A DNA stretch of 33,642 bases from a virus (IMGVR_UViG_3300032303_002768:1-33642), one strand, 5' to 3'; shown: positions 1 to 9,651, numbered from the stretch's first letter. Notes: generated by a model not told the origin, from the letters alone. Made by a program: numbers and translations.

Positions 1-1
1 G

Positions 2-250
2 TCAACATGTCATGAAATTGCACATATGCTAATTGAAAAAAATATATCATATGGTAACTCAGCTTTAGAGCCTGCAAGAATATTTTCAACGGCGGACTCA
101 ACAGAGCAATTAAAGGTAAGAATTGATGATAAATTAAATCGTGTAAAAAACAATCAAGGCTTTGCTGGAGATAATGATATTGATGATTTGATTGGTTATT
201 TAATCTTACTTAAAATTGCTCTTGACAAAAACAATCTTCCTGGAGTATAA
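2..250 (+). CDS. DUF1599/Nmad1-like nucleotide-modification-associated protein (5' truncated by window edge)
   Basis: Frame is open from position 2; KNxxYGNS...RIDDKLNR...DLIGYLIL pattern is typical of this small phage family. Confidence 0.65.
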   Translation, partial: STCHEIAHMLIEKNISYGNSALEPARIFSTADSTEQLKVRIDDKLNRVKNNQGFAGDNDIDDLIGYLILLKIALDKNNLPGV

Positions 251-251
251 T
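222..251 (+). promoter_or_regulatory. sigma70-type promoter, probably giving a leaderless mRNA
   Basis: TTGACA(222-227)-N18-TATAAT(246-251); ATG at 257 follows after 5 nt with no SD. Confidence 0.7.
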
Positions 252-256
252 TAATT

Positions 257-895
257 ATGCATAATTATGAATTTCTTTTACACCCAAGATCTACTTCTCA
301 AGCTCATCAGGAATCTTTTGCTTTAAATTTAAATGAATGGAAAAGCAACGGGTACTATGTTGAAATTGGTGGTTGTCACCCAACAGAAAACTCCAATACA
401 AATGTTCTAGAAACAGAGTTTGGTTGGAGGGGATTTAGTGTTGAAATTGAACAAGATAGAGCTGATTTATTTAAAAGTAGAAACAATCCTTGTATACAAG
501 GTGATGCTACAGAACTTGATTATTTAAAAATATTTCAAGATTTAAATATTCCAAATCAAATTGATTATTTGCAAGTTGATGTAGAGCCTGCAGATAATAC
601 ATTAAAATCACTTAAAAAAGTTTTAGTTGATGGGTATCGTTTTTCTGTTATAACTTTTGAACACGATCTGTATGCAAATTCTTCTAATCAAGAAATTATG
701 TACGAGGCCAGAGAAATTTTATTTAATAAAGGCTATGAAATTGTTGCACCATTAGTAAAAGATTGTTTTACTCATGGAGTTCAATTTGAAGATTGGTTTA
801 TTGATCCGACTTACATAACAACAAGAATTTGGCAAGATTTTCAAAATCAATATAATCAAGAAGATAATAGTTTGTTTAAAGAAAGATATGCGTAA
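257..895 (+). CDS. FkbM-like SAM-dependent methyltransferase
   Basis: GYYVEIGG...SNT...GWRGFSVE and IDYLQVDVE...ITFEHD motifs. Confidence 0.75.
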   Translation: MHNYEFLLHPRSTSQAHQESFALNLNEWKSNGYYVEIGGCHPTENSNTNVLETEFGWRGFSVEIEQDRADLFKSRNNPCIQGDATELDYLKIFQDLNIPNQIDYLQVDVEPADNTLKSLKKVLVDGYRFSVITFEHDLYANSSNQEIMYEAREILFNKGYEIVAPLVKDCFTHGVQFEDWFIDPTYITTRIWQDFQNQYNQEDNSLFKERYA

Positions 896-1074
896 TGCCA
901 ATATATGAATATGCTTGTATTGAATGTGATACAAAACAAGAGATAAACAGAAAAGTTAATGAGCAAGAAACAATACCTTCATGTATTGCATGTGGCTACA
1001 GGATGATAAGAGTTTATTCTGCGCCAGGTATTTCATTTAAAGGATCGGGGTTTTACAAAACTGATAATGGATAA
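895..1074 (+). CDS. FmdB-family zinc-ribbon protein (59 aa, absent from ORF track)
   Basis: MPIYEYACIEC...PSCIACG...RVYSAPGISFKGSGFYKTD; TAATG coupling to the upstream stop. Confidence 0.85.
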   Translation: MPIYEYACIECDTKQEINRKVNEQETIPSCIACGYRMIRVYSAPGISFKGSGFYKTDNG

Positions 1075-1411
1075 TTTAACAGATATAAGGCCTTGGGGAC
1101 ACTATATAATCCTTAAGGAAGAAGAAAACTTTAAATCAAAATATATATATGTAAAAGAAAATCAAAAGCTATCTTATCAAAGACATCAGCATAGAGCAGA
1201 GCATTGGTTTATAGTTTCTGGTATAGCCACTGTAACAATAGACGGCAAGACATTTAATATGTTACCTGGTGATTCAATTGATATTCCAGTAAACACCCTG
1301 CACAGGATTCAAGCGGGGACTTATCCTGTTGAATTTATTGAAGTACAAACAGGAACATACTTTGGAGAAGATGACATTGAGCGGATTGAAGATGAATATG
1401 GAAGACAATAA
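1067..1411 (+). CDS. Mannose-6-phosphate isomerase type II C-terminal cupin domain protein
   Basis: RPWG, LSYQRHQHRAEHW, HRI, IEVQTGTYFGEDDIERIED motifs. Confidence 0.9.
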   Translation: MDNLTDIRPWGHYIILKEEENFKSKYIYVKENQKLSYQRHQHRAEHWFIVSGIATVTIDGKTFNMLPGDSIDIPVNTLHRIQAGTYPVEFIEVQTGTYFGEDDIERIEDEYGRQ

Positions 1412-1934
1412 AAGCGAAGTAGCAGTAATCAATCAGTTTGATCAAATGAATAAAGTAATTGAAGAATTACTTAAAGGCAATACTCCAACAGCAATTGCGA
1501 GGGGTCTAGAACTTACCCGTGTACAAGTTGATAATCACATACAAACATGGAAAGAGCTTGTACAAGATAACACAGCTATAAAAGCCCGTGCTAAAGAGGC
1601 ACTTGCTGGGGCAGATGAGCATTACAGCATGCTTATAAAAGAAGCATGGAGAACTGTAGAACAAGCAGATGTTCAAGATTCTCTTAATGTTAAGGCGCAA
1701 GCATTAAAACTTATTGCTGACATTGAATCTAAAAGAATTGAAATGTTAAATAAAGCTGGAGTTCTAGAAAATAATGATTTAACTGATCAGATATTAGAGT
1801 CTGAAAGAAAACAAGAAGTTTTAGTTGGAATTTTAAAAGAAGTGACTGCAAATTGCGAACATTGCAAATGGGAAGTTTCAAGAAGACTGTCCCAGGTTAC
1901 TGGACAGATAGAAGCTGTAGTTATTAATGAGTAA
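1398..1934 (+). CDS. Putative terminase small subunit (N-terminal HTH, helical)
   Basis: HTH-like LLKGNTPTAIARGLELT; overlaps terminase large start; ATG 1398 (or 1392) preferred over the track start at 1329. Confidence 0.6.
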   Translation: MEDNKSEVAVINQFDQMNKVIEELLKGNTPTAIARGLELTRVQVDNHIQTWKELVQDNTAIKARAKEALAGADEHYSMLIKEAWRTVEQADVQDSLNVKAQALKLIADIESKRIEMLNKAGVLENNDLTDQILESERKQEVLVGILKEVTANCEHCKWEVSRRLSQVTGQIEAVVINE

Positions 1935-3768
1935 CTTTGATGTTTTTTTAGATGCATTAAGTGGTGATGAATTTTCAGACACCCCCGTTCCACTAGAGCA
2001 ATTTGTTACAGATAAAAATTATCTTGGCTTGCCACCATTATCTCAATATCAATATCAAATGATTAAAGCTTCAACACAAATCTATAAACGTGAAACATTG
2101 ATTAGGATATATGGGCAAGAAGAGGGCGAAAAAATTTGGAAGCAAACCTGTTCTGAAGTTATTTTACAACTAGGAAAGGGTTCTGGAAAAGATTATACCT
2201 CTACAATTGCCTGTGCTTATATGGTGCATTTACTTTTATGCTTAAAAGATCCTGCAGCATATTATGGTAAACCACCAGGTGATGCAATTGATATTATTAA
2301 CATTGCTATTAACGCAGTTCAAGCTAATCGAGTATTCTTTAAAGGTTTTAATCAACGTATTGAAAAATCACCTTGGTTTCAAGGAAGATATATAGCAAAA
2401 GCAAACATGGTTGAGTTTGATAAATCTGTAACTGTACACTCAGGTCACTCAGAAAGAGAAGCATGGGAAGGTTATAACGTACTTGTTATTATTCTTGATG
2501 AAATTTCTGGATTTGAATTAGAATCAACAACAGGTCACGACCAAGCTAAAACAGCGTCAGCCATATATAAAATGTATCGTGCATCAGTAAATTCACGTTT
2601 TCCAGATTTTGGAAAAGTAATTTTGCTTTCTTTTCCTCGTTTTAAAAATGACTATATTCAACAAAAATATAATGAAGCTGTTGCAGAAAAAGAAGTTGTA
2701 TTAAGACATCATAAATTTAAAGTAGATCCAGATCTTCCTGATGGTACCGAAGGAAATGAATTTGAAATTGAATGGGAAGAAGACCATGTTGTTTCTTATA
2801 AAGTGCCAAGAATGTATGCATTAAAAAGACCAACATGGGATATTAACCCAACAAGAAAAATTGAAGATTTTACAATTGACTTTTATACGGATCCAACAGA
2901 CGCCCTATCCAGATTTGCTTGCATGCCACCAGACGCAACGGATGCATTTTTTAAAAATCGTGCAGTAATTGAAAAAGCTTTTTCTAACCCTAAATTAAAT
3001 GTTGATTCATATGGAAGATTTGATGATGAGTTTAAGCCAAAAGAAAACATAACATATTTTATGCATGTTGACCTTGCACAAAAACATGACCATTGTGCCG
3101 TAGCATTAGCCCACGTAGATGGCTGGGTAACAATGAAAATTGGAGAACAATATAAAGAAGCAGCACCCAGAGTTGTAGTAGACGCAGTTAGATTTTGGAC
3201 ACCTACAGCATCAAAATCAGTAGATTTTACAGATGTTAAAGACTACATTCTTTCCGTAAGAGATAAAGGTTTTAATTTAAAAATGGTTACATTTGACCGA
3301 TGGAACTCTCACGATATGATGCAACAGTTAGGTGTAAACAATATTAAAACTGAGATTCTTTCTGTTGCAAAAAAACATTATGAAGATCTTTCTTTATGTT
3401 TAACTGAAGAAAGATTACATGGTCCAAAAATACAGTTGTTAATTGATGAATTACTTCAGCTTCGTATTTTAAAGGACAAGGTAGACCACCCCAGAAAAGG
3501 CTCTAAAGACCTCTCTGATGCTGTTACAGGGGCGGTATTCAATGCAATATCACTAACTCCTCCAGATCAAGATAAAGAGGTGGAAGTCTACACCTACTCT
3601 GGAGTATTTTCAAGCGAACTAGAACTATTAAAAAAAGAATCAGATGCAAGATTAATAAACACTATAAGGTTGCCAGAAAAAAGAATTATGCCACAAGACA
3701 TAAGAGATTTTTTTGATGATGAAGATGGCGAATACAAAGATATAGTTGACAACTTTAAAATTTTATAG
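1927..3768 (+). CDS. terL: Terminase large subunit
   Basis: Walker A LGKGSGKD, Walker B VIILDE, RNase H-like HVDLAQKHD, TFDRW and DHPRKGSKDLSDA. Confidence 0.93.
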   Translation: MSNFDVFLDALSGDEFSDTPVPLEQFVTDKNYLGLPPLSQYQYQMIKASTQIYKRETLIRIYGQEEGEKIWKQTCSEVILQLGKGSGKDYTSTIACAYMVHLLLCLKDPAAYYGKPPGDAIDIINIAINAVQANRVFFKGFNQRIEKSPWFQGRYIAKANMVEFDKSVTVHSGHSEREAWEGYNVLVIILDEISGFELESTTGHDQAKTASAIYKMYRASVNSRFPDFGKVILLSFPRFKNDYIQQKYNEAVAEKEVVLRHHKFKVDPDLPDGTEGNEFEIEWEEDHVVSYKVPRMYALKRPTWDINPTRKIEDFTIDFYTDPTDALSRFACMPPDATDAFFKNRAVIEKAFSNPKLNVDSYGRFDDEFKPKENITYFMHVDLAQKHDHCAVALAHVDGWVTMKIGEQYKEAAPRVVVDAVRFWTPTASKSVDFTDVKDYILSVRDKGFNLKMVTFDRWNSHDMMQQLGVNNIKTEILSVAKKHYEDLSLCLTEERLHGPKIQLLIDELLQLRILKDKVDHPRKGSKDLSDAVTGAVFNAISLTPPDQDKEVEVYTYSGVFSSELELLKKESDARLINTIRLPEKRIMPQDIRDFFDDEDGEYKDIVDNFKIL

Positions 3769-3799
3769 TAGAGTAGCACATACAATAAAAGGAGAAATA

Positions 3800-4087
3800 A
3801 TGCTTGCAAATGGAACAATAAAAACCATAGAAGACGATAATGATATATATATCAGTTTAACTTCACTTTGTGAATACTTTACTCAGTCTGCCACAAATAT
3901 GGAAAAAGAAATTAATGAAATTCACCCTTCAGAGTTTAAGTATGCAAGGGGTTTAAGAGACATGATGTTTACTATTGCACAAGAGATTGTTGAGCTTGGT
4001 AAATTTGAGGCTCAAAGAAGATTGATTAATAACCCAGATGATCTTTTAAAAATGATAGATAAAAATCCTTTTGGTAAGGTAGAATAA
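3800..4087 (+). CDS. Hypothetical protein
   Basis: AAGGAG SD before ATG 3800, in frame with track ORF 3746..4087. Confidence 0.7.
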   Translation: MLANGTIKTIEDDNDIYISLTSLCEYFTQSATNMEKEINEIHPSEFKYARGLRDMMFTIAQEIVELGKFEAQRRLINNPDDLLKMIDKNPFGKVE

Positions 4088-4093
4088 AATTAA

Positions 4094-4165
4094 TGGTTTG
4101 TAGCTCAATGGCAGAGCACCCGACTGTTAATCGGGATGTTGCTGGTTCGAGTCCAGCCAGACCAG
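4094..4165 (+). tRNA. tRNA-Asn(GTT)
   Basis: TGGTTTG/CAGACCA acceptor stem, CCCGA-CTGTTAA-TCGGG anticodon arm, GCTGG-TTCGAGT-CCAGC T arm; CCA not encoded. Confidence 0.95.
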
Positions 4166-4197
4166 CTAAACATTTAACTAGTTAAAGAGGTATAGGT

Positions 4198-4938
4198 ATG
4201 AAAAAAAATCAAGAAGAATCCATAGATATATATTGGGCACCAGTTTATATTAGAAGCATTGATAACCTTATTTATCAAGAACCTTCAAATTTATATTTTG
4301 ATTTTTTACCGCAAAAATCAAAAGAATCTGGGCCAGCTTCTTTTTTTAATTGCCCAGCCGTAACTGATAGGATGAAAAAAACTTTTGTTTTTAAAAATAA
4401 TTTAGATACAGAGTTTTATTATGATTTTAATGATATTAAAAATCCAATTATAAACCCTATTTCTGGTATACATGTTGAGTTTTATAAACACTCTAATATA
4501 CTTGACGGAGCATCTATTGCACTTGATTTATATTGGATATTTTTTGCTGAAGAAAATGTAGAGTTATATTTTAATCCACCATATTATCATAAGCCAACTG
4601 ATTTTTCATCCAAAGGATACTTTCCTTCTGCAAAAATAGAAGCAAATAAATGGTTTAGACCATATTCTGCAGAAATTCAAATGTGGGAAAACTCGGGTAA
4701 TGTAAAAATAAATGAAGGAGATCCTTTATTTTATTTAGAGGTAATGACAAATAAAAAAGTTAATTTAAAAAGATTTGATATGAATGCAAAATTAATAGAC
4801 ATTATGAATTCTTGTGTTAATTCACCACATAAACATGGAGCAAGATTGCCGTTGGAAGATAGATATAAAAGATTTATTGAAACAAAAACAAATAAAATTG
4901 TTATTAAAGAAATAAAAAGTCAACTTTTAGATGAGTAA
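4198..4938 (+). CDS. Hypothetical phage protein (CPA motif, beta-rich)
   Basis: 246-aa ORF with GAGG SD; FNCPAV and EGDPLFY motifs; function not assignable. Confidence 0.7.
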   Translation: MKKNQEESIDIYWAPVYIRSIDNLIYQEPSNLYFDFLPQKSKESGPASFFNCPAVTDRMKKTFVFKNNLDTEFYYDFNDIKNPIINPISGIHVEFYKHSNILDGASIALDLYWIFFAEENVELYFNPPYYHKPTDFSSKGYFPSAKIEANKWFRPYSAEIQMWENSGNVKINEGDPLFYLEVMTNKKVNLKRFDMNAKLIDIMNSCVNSPHKHGARLPLEDRYKRFIETKTNKIVIKEIKSQLLDE

Positions 4939-5458
4939 ATATTTTGATGAAAGTTTAAAATGGAAAGAAAGCTTAATCCAAAAAACTGGGCTCCCTAGGC
5001 CTTATGTTGATGTTCCAGAACATCTTTTAAATATGACTACAAGAAATAATCCTGATGGTAAATTTTATTTGCATAAAAGAGTTCCTATGCAATTTACAGC
5101 AAAGCCAAGATTAACTGACCGTCTTACTGATTTAATAATTGAAAATGAAAAAAAAGTAGTTAATGAAAATTTATGTGGATATTGCGGTGTAGGATTTCAA
5201 GATGAAGAAATTTGTGTAATTTGGAAAAAATATGATGTTGCTCCATTTTCTCAAGGCGAAGCTGGACCCCGTGTGTTTTCTGATTATTTTCCATTTCACT
5301 TAGAATGCATGGAACAAACATTAATTTTTTGTCCATTTATGAGAATGGAAGCAAAAGGCGATTTTTTTGAAGAAGGACCATATTCTGTTTTAATAAAAAA
5401 ATCAAAAGAATATAAAGAAATGATTGAAAATAATTTTCTTTACAAAGAACAAGAATAA
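4931..5458 (+). CDS. Hypothetical putative Zn-binding protein
   Basis: CGYCG ... PFHLEC ... FCPF Cys/His pattern; overlaps upstream stop. Confidence 0.65.
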   Translation: MSKYFDESLKWKESLIQKTGLPRPYVDVPEHLLNMTTRNNPDGKFYLHKRVPMQFTAKPRLTDRLTDLIIENEKKVVNENLCGYCGVGFQDEEICVIWKKYDVAPFSQGEAGPRVFSDYFPFHLECMEQTLIFCPFMRMEAKGDFFEEGPYSVLIKKSKEYKEMIENNFLYKEQE

Positions 5459-5467
5459 GGGTATAAT
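5439..5467 (+). promoter_or_regulatory. sigma70-type promoter, leaderless
   Basis: TTTACA(5439-5444)-N17-TATAAT(5462-5467); ATG 5474 follows after 6 nt. Confidence 0.65.
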
Positions 5468-5473
5468 ATATTT

Positions 5474-5695
5474 ATGATAGTAAAACAAGATCAAGAATAC
5501 ATTTTGAATGCTACTGATTGTTGTGATTCATGTGGTGCACAAGCATATGTTATTGTAAAGGGTGTAAATGGTCAATTGTTTTTTTGTGGACATCATTATG
5601 TTAAAAATGAAGAAGCTTTAAATAAATTTGCTTATGAAATTATTGATGAAAGATCAAAGCTAATACAATCACCATCTATAGGCCAGGTAAATTAA
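5474..5695 (+). CDS. Small actinobacterial-type Zn-finger protein
   Basis: CDSCGAQAYV...GQLFFCGHHY...IIDER pattern recalled from actinobacterial small proteins. Confidence 0.7.
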   Translation: MIVKQDQEYILNATDCCDSCGAQAYVIVKGVNGQLFFCGHHYVKNEEALNKFAYEIIDERSKLIQSPSIGQVN

Positions 5696-5701
5696 AAATT
5701 A

Positions 5702-5776
5702 CCTGCAGTAGCCTAATCTGGTTTTGGCAGCACTCTTATAAGGTGTCTATTGTGAGTTCAAATCTCATCTGCAGGA
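5702..5776 (+). tRNA. tRNA-Ile(TAT)
   Basis: CCTGCAG/CTGCAGG acceptor stem, GCACT-CTTATAA-GGTGT anticodon arm, GTGAG-TTCAAAT-CTCAT T arm, A discriminator. Confidence 0.85.
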
Positions 5777-5789
5777 CAAGAGGATAAAA

Positions 5790-6542
5790 ATGAAATTAAA
5801 AAAAACAGTTGGTTCAATAAAAGTAAATCAATATCTTGACGAGTTATTTTTTGTTGAAACATCTAAAGAACAAAAAAAAACCAATAAATTTGGTTTTATG
5901 TCAGATAATTTTATAAAAAAACATGACGGGCTCCACATTGTATTTACTGGATGTTCAGTAACAAGCGGAGTTGGACTAAAAAAAGAAGAGGTTTGGTCTA
6001 ATCTTTTATACAAAAAAATTTCAGAAAAAGAAAAATGTTCTGGATATTTTAATTTAGCAATAAGAGCAACTGGGTTGTGTGATCAAATTTTAAATCTGTT
6101 TAAATATTTTAAAATTTATGGAAATCCAGATATTATTTTTATAAACATAACCAATGAAATAAGGTTTTATGCTTCAGAAAACAATAAAATTAGGCATGGT
6201 TTTTTTCATGAATCAGAAAAAAAATTAATATTATTTTTATATAAACAATACTATAATATGCTAGAAACATATTGTTTGTCAAAAAATATTCAACTATATT
6301 CTTTTACTTGGGTGCGAAATGAATCAAGTGATTTACCCAAGGAATTTGAAAAAAATTTTAAAACTTTTTATAGGCATAATGATAAAGACAGGTTAAATTT
6401 TATTTTTGATTATAATGAAAAAAATTTAAACAAAAAATATGTTTTAAAAGCAAGAGATGGAATACATCATGGAACAGCTTTTCATGAATATTGGAAGGAG
6501 TTTATGTATGAAATTTATCAAAAACATAAAATTAAAAATTAA
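5790..6542 (+). CDS. SGNH/GDSL-like protein, paralog 1
   Basis: FTGCSVTSG (block I-like), YFNLA...G, C-terminal DGIH (DxxH). Confidence 0.65.
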   Translation: MKLKKTVGSIKVNQYLDELFFVETSKEQKKTNKFGFMSDNFIKKHDGLHIVFTGCSVTSGVGLKKEEVWSNLLYKKISEKEKCSGYFNLAIRATGLCDQILNLFKYFKIYGNPDIIFINITNEIRFYASENNKIRHGFFHESEKKLILFLYKQYYNMLETYCLSKNIQLYSFTWVRNESSDLPKEFEKNFKTFYRHNDKDRLNFIFDYNEKNLNKKYVLKARDGIHHGTAFHEYWKEFMYEIYQKHKIKN

Positions 6543-6600
6543 AAAAATAATTTTTAAAATTAAACAAAAAAGATTTGAAAAAAAAGATTTTATTTATTAA
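6508..6600 (+). CDS. 30-aa Lys-rich peptide MKFIKNIKLKIKKIIFKIKQKRFEKKDFIY (absent from ORF track)
   Basis: AAGGAG (6495-6500) 7 nt before ATG 6508; fills the gap between SGNH paralogs 1 and 2. Confidence 0.65.
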   Translation: MKFIKNIKLKIKKIIFKIKQKRFEKKDFIY

Positions 6601-6609
6601 GGAAAAATA

Positions 6610-7404
6610 ATGAAATTAAAACAATTATTTGGTTTTGTACATGATGATATGAATGTTCTTAAAAATCATTATGAAAATACAGAAAAACATATAGAAATTT
6701 ATTTTCCCAATGTTAATTTAAAAGAAAATGAATTTAATTCTTTATTTTATAGATCAGATGAATTTATTAAAAATCACGAAGGAAAACATTTACTTTTTGT
6801 CGGATGCTCTTATACTTTTGGCTCTGGAATTGAACAAGAGCTAACTTGGCCAAAAATTGTTTATGACAAAATATCAAAAAAAGAAAAAAATTCTGGATAT
6901 TTTAACATAGGAACAACTGGAAGCTCTATAACAGATTCAATATATAATATGTTTAAATATTTTAAAATTTACGGAAACCCTGATGTTATTTTTTTCTGCA
7001 TGCCAGACGCACTGAGGTTTTATAATTTTGATGAAAATATAAATAAAATAAGAAATGCCTGGTACAGCGAAGAAGATTTAGAACTTCTTATGTTTATTAA
7101 TAAAAACAATTACATGATTTTAGAAGAATATTGCAAAGCAAATAAAATAAAACTATATTCTTTTACCTGGGTTTTTAATAAAAAAAGACATAAATCTGTA
7201 GATGATGTATTTGATAAAAATTTTTTTACGTTTTATAAAATTAATTTAGAAGATCAAGATGAATTTGTTTTTGCCGTTTTTGCAAAAGAAACAAAAAATC
7301 CTTACACACTATGGGCGAAAGATGAAAAACATAGGGGCACCGCATACCATGAATATTGGGCTAATTTTATTTATAATAAATATAACGAAAGTACTTTGCA
7401 ATGA
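6610..7404 (+). CDS. SGNH/GDSL-like protein, paralog 2
   Basis: FVGCSYTFG, YFNIG, YGNPDVIF, DEKH. Confidence 0.65.
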   Translation: MKLKQLFGFVHDDMNVLKNHYENTEKHIEIYFPNVNLKENEFNSLFYRSDEFIKNHEGKHLLFVGCSYTFGSGIEQELTWPKIVYDKISKKEKNSGYFNIGTTGSSITDSIYNMFKYFKIYGNPDVIFFCMPDALRFYNFDENINKIRNAWYSEEDLELLMFINKNNYMILEEYCKANKIKLYSFTWVFNKKRHKSVDDVFDKNFFTFYKINLEDQDEFVFAVFAKETKNPYTLWAKDEKHRGTAYHEYWANFIYNKYNESTLQ

Positions 7405-8147
7405 AATATAAAAATGTTTATTCTAAAGTTCATAGAAACCAATTTGAATTAATAAATTCTTCAAATTACAGAAAGAATTTTTTTGGAGAAGAAAAAGAAA
7501 TAAATTCTCACGGTTTTAGATCAGAAGAATTTAAAAATGCACATCAAGGCAAGCACATTCTTTTTTCTGGATGTTCTGTGACTAGTGGTGTTGGTTTGTT
7601 ACAAGAAGAAATGTGGGCAAAAAAAACATATAATAAAATTTCAGAAAAAGAAGAATGTTCTGGATATTTTAATATAGGCATTGGTGCAAGTGGGTTATGC
7701 GATCAAGTATCAAATATGTTTAAATACTTTAACACTTATGGCAATCCAGACGTTATATTTTTTATGATACCAGACGAAGGTAGATTTTATCATTATAAGA
7801 AATCTTCTGATCAAATAAGCCATTCTTTTATTGAAGATGAATATAAAAATTTTATGCTTTTTATTTATTCTCAATATTATATGATGCTTGAGTCTTATTG
7901 CAAATCAAATAATATAAAATTGTTTTCAACAAGTTATGTTACAAACACACAAAATTATTTTAAGCAAAGATTTAAAACATTTTATCCAATTGATTCACAA
8001 AGTTTATATAATTTTGTTTTTAATAAAATTGAAAAAAATAAAGAATTAAAATATTTAGAAAAAGCAAGAGACAATATGCATTATGGGTCTGCATACCATG
8101 AATATTGGGCAGATCATTTTTTTAATTTATATAAAAAGGATATTTAG
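7401..8147 (+). CDS. SGNH/GDSL-like protein, paralog 3
   Basis: FSGCSVTSG, YFNIG, YGNPDVIF, DNMH; stop overlaps the carbamoyltransferase GTG. Confidence 0.65.
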   Translation: MKYKNVYSKVHRNQFELINSSNYRKNFFGEEKEINSHGFRSEEFKNAHQGKHILFSGCSVTSGVGLLQEEMWAKKTYNKISEKEECSGYFNIGIGASGLCDQVSNMFKYFNTYGNPDVIFFMIPDEGRFYHYKKSSDQISHSFIEDEYKNFMLFIYSQYYMMLESYCKSNNIKLFSTSYVTNTQNYFKQRFKTFYPIDSQSLYNFVFNKIEKNKELKYLEKARDNMHYGSAYHEYWADHFFNLYKKDI

Positions 8148-9571
8148 TGAACACATTAGGTTTTAATGAAACATCTCATGACGCTGCTATGGCACTAATT
8201 GATAATGATAGGATATTGTTTGCTGGTCATGCTGAAAGATATAGTAAGAAAAAAAATGATTGGTATAACAATAATGAAATATACCGTGATTTACTTAATT
8301 ATGGTATTCCAGATAAGGCTGCTTATTATGAAAAGTCCCGTTTAAAAAAAATAAGAATTAGGTTGCGTGGCGGGGCAGCTGACTGGAAACCTGTTGACAA
8401 AGGAATAAAGGCAAAAGAGTTTAAGCATCATTATTCTCATGCAGCAGCAGGATATTACACAAGTACATTTGATGATGCTTTAATTGTAGTTCTGGACGCA
8501 ATTGGAGAATTTAATACATCAACAATTTGGACGGGAATTGATAATGAGATATCCCTAGTAGAGAAAAGAAATTACCCTTTAAGCTTTGGGCTATTTTATT
8601 CAGCATTTACACAGTTGATTGGTCTTATGCCCAATCAAGAAGAATATATCATGATGGGTATGGCTGCATATGGAGATAAAAATAAATATTTTGATAAAGT
8701 AAATGAATATTTTCCAAGCATTGAAAGGCAAAAATATAATTTTCATAAAGGAATAACTGATTGGGGTTGGATTACTTCACATCAAGATGCATTTGATATT
8801 GCAGCAGCAGTTCAGTACGTCTATGAGCTTAGATTGATTGAATTTATGAATCATTCAAAGATAATGACTGGTAAAAACAATCTTGTGTTTATGGGCGGAT
8901 GTGCACTTAACTGTTCAGCAAATACATTGCTATGGAATATTTTTGATGATATTTGGATTATGCCAAACCCAGGAGATGCGGGTTCAAGCCTAGGATCAGC
9001 ATTGGCATTAAAAGGATCTCATATAAAATGGGAAAGCCCATACCTGGGTTATGATTTAAAAAATGAATATCCAGTTCAAAAAATTTTAGATGAATTGGTT
9101 AGCAAAGGAATAGCACCAGTAGCAGCGGGACGTGCAGAATTTGGTCCCCGAGCATTAGGTAATAGAAGCATATTAGCTGATCCAACAGACATAAGGGTTA
9201 AAGATAAAGTTAATCAAATAAAAAAAAGAGAAATGTTTAGGCCTTTTGCTCCAGTTGTAATGGAAGAGCATGCTAATGAATGGTTTGATATGCCAAAAGG
9301 TAAGCCAAGCCCTTATATGCAATATGCTGTTAAATGCCTAAAGCCAGATTTAATACCCGCAGTTGTACATAAAGATGGAACTTCAAGGGTTCAAACAGTA
9401 AATAAAGATCAACATCCAGGGCTGTATGAGGTTCTTAGTGTTTGGAATGAAATTACTGGAGTGCCAATTTTATTAAATACTAGTTTAAACATAAAAGGTC
9501 AACCACTTTTAAATGACTGGAATGATATCGTTGAGTGGAATAAAATGTATAAAACTGATATTATAGTGTAA
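8147..9571 (+). CDS. NodU/CmcH/TobZ-family O-carbamoyltransferase
   Basis: HDAA, HHYSHA, DAIGE, GGCALNC, GDAGSSLG, EFGPRALGNRS, RPFAP, HKDGTSRVQTV, LNTSLN. Confidence 0.93.
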   Translation: MNTLGFNETSHDAAMALIDNDRILFAGHAERYSKKKNDWYNNNEIYRDLLNYGIPDKAAYYEKSRLKKIRIRLRGGAADWKPVDKGIKAKEFKHHYSHAAAGYYTSTFDDALIVVLDAIGEFNTSTIWTGIDNEISLVEKRNYPLSFGLFYSAFTQLIGLMPNQEEYIMMGMAAYGDKNKYFDKVNEYFPSIERQKYNFHKGITDWGWITSHQDAFDIAAAVQYVYELRLIEFMNHSKIMTGKNNLVFMGGCALNCSANTLLWNIFDDIWIMPNPGDAGSSLGSALALKGSHIKWESPYLGYDLKNEYPVQKILDELVSKGIAPVAAGRAEFGPRALGNRSILADPTDIRVKDKVNQIKKREMFRPFAPVVMEEHANEWFDMPKGKPSPYMQYAVKCLKPDLIPAVVHKDGTSRVQTVNKDQHPGLYEVLSVWNEITGVPILLNTSLNIKGQPLLNDWNDIVEWNKMYKTDIIV

Positions 9572-9577
9572 CAACAT

Positions 9578-9648
9578 TCCCAGATCGTCTAACGGTAGGA
9601 CACCGCCCTTTGGAGGCGGGTATCTTGGTTCGAATCCAGGTCAGGGAG
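9578..9648 (+). tRNA. tRNA-Gln(TTG)
   Basis: TCCCAGA/TCAGGGA acceptor stem (one mismatch), CCGCC-CTTTGGA-GGCGG, CTTGG-TTCGAAT-CCAGG. Confidence 0.93.
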
Positions 9649-9651
9649 CAA

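Noticed and set aside
1927-3768. Intein or intron in the terminase
   Set aside because: Continuous 613-aa ORF with normal ATPase-to-nuclease spacing and no splicing motifs seen
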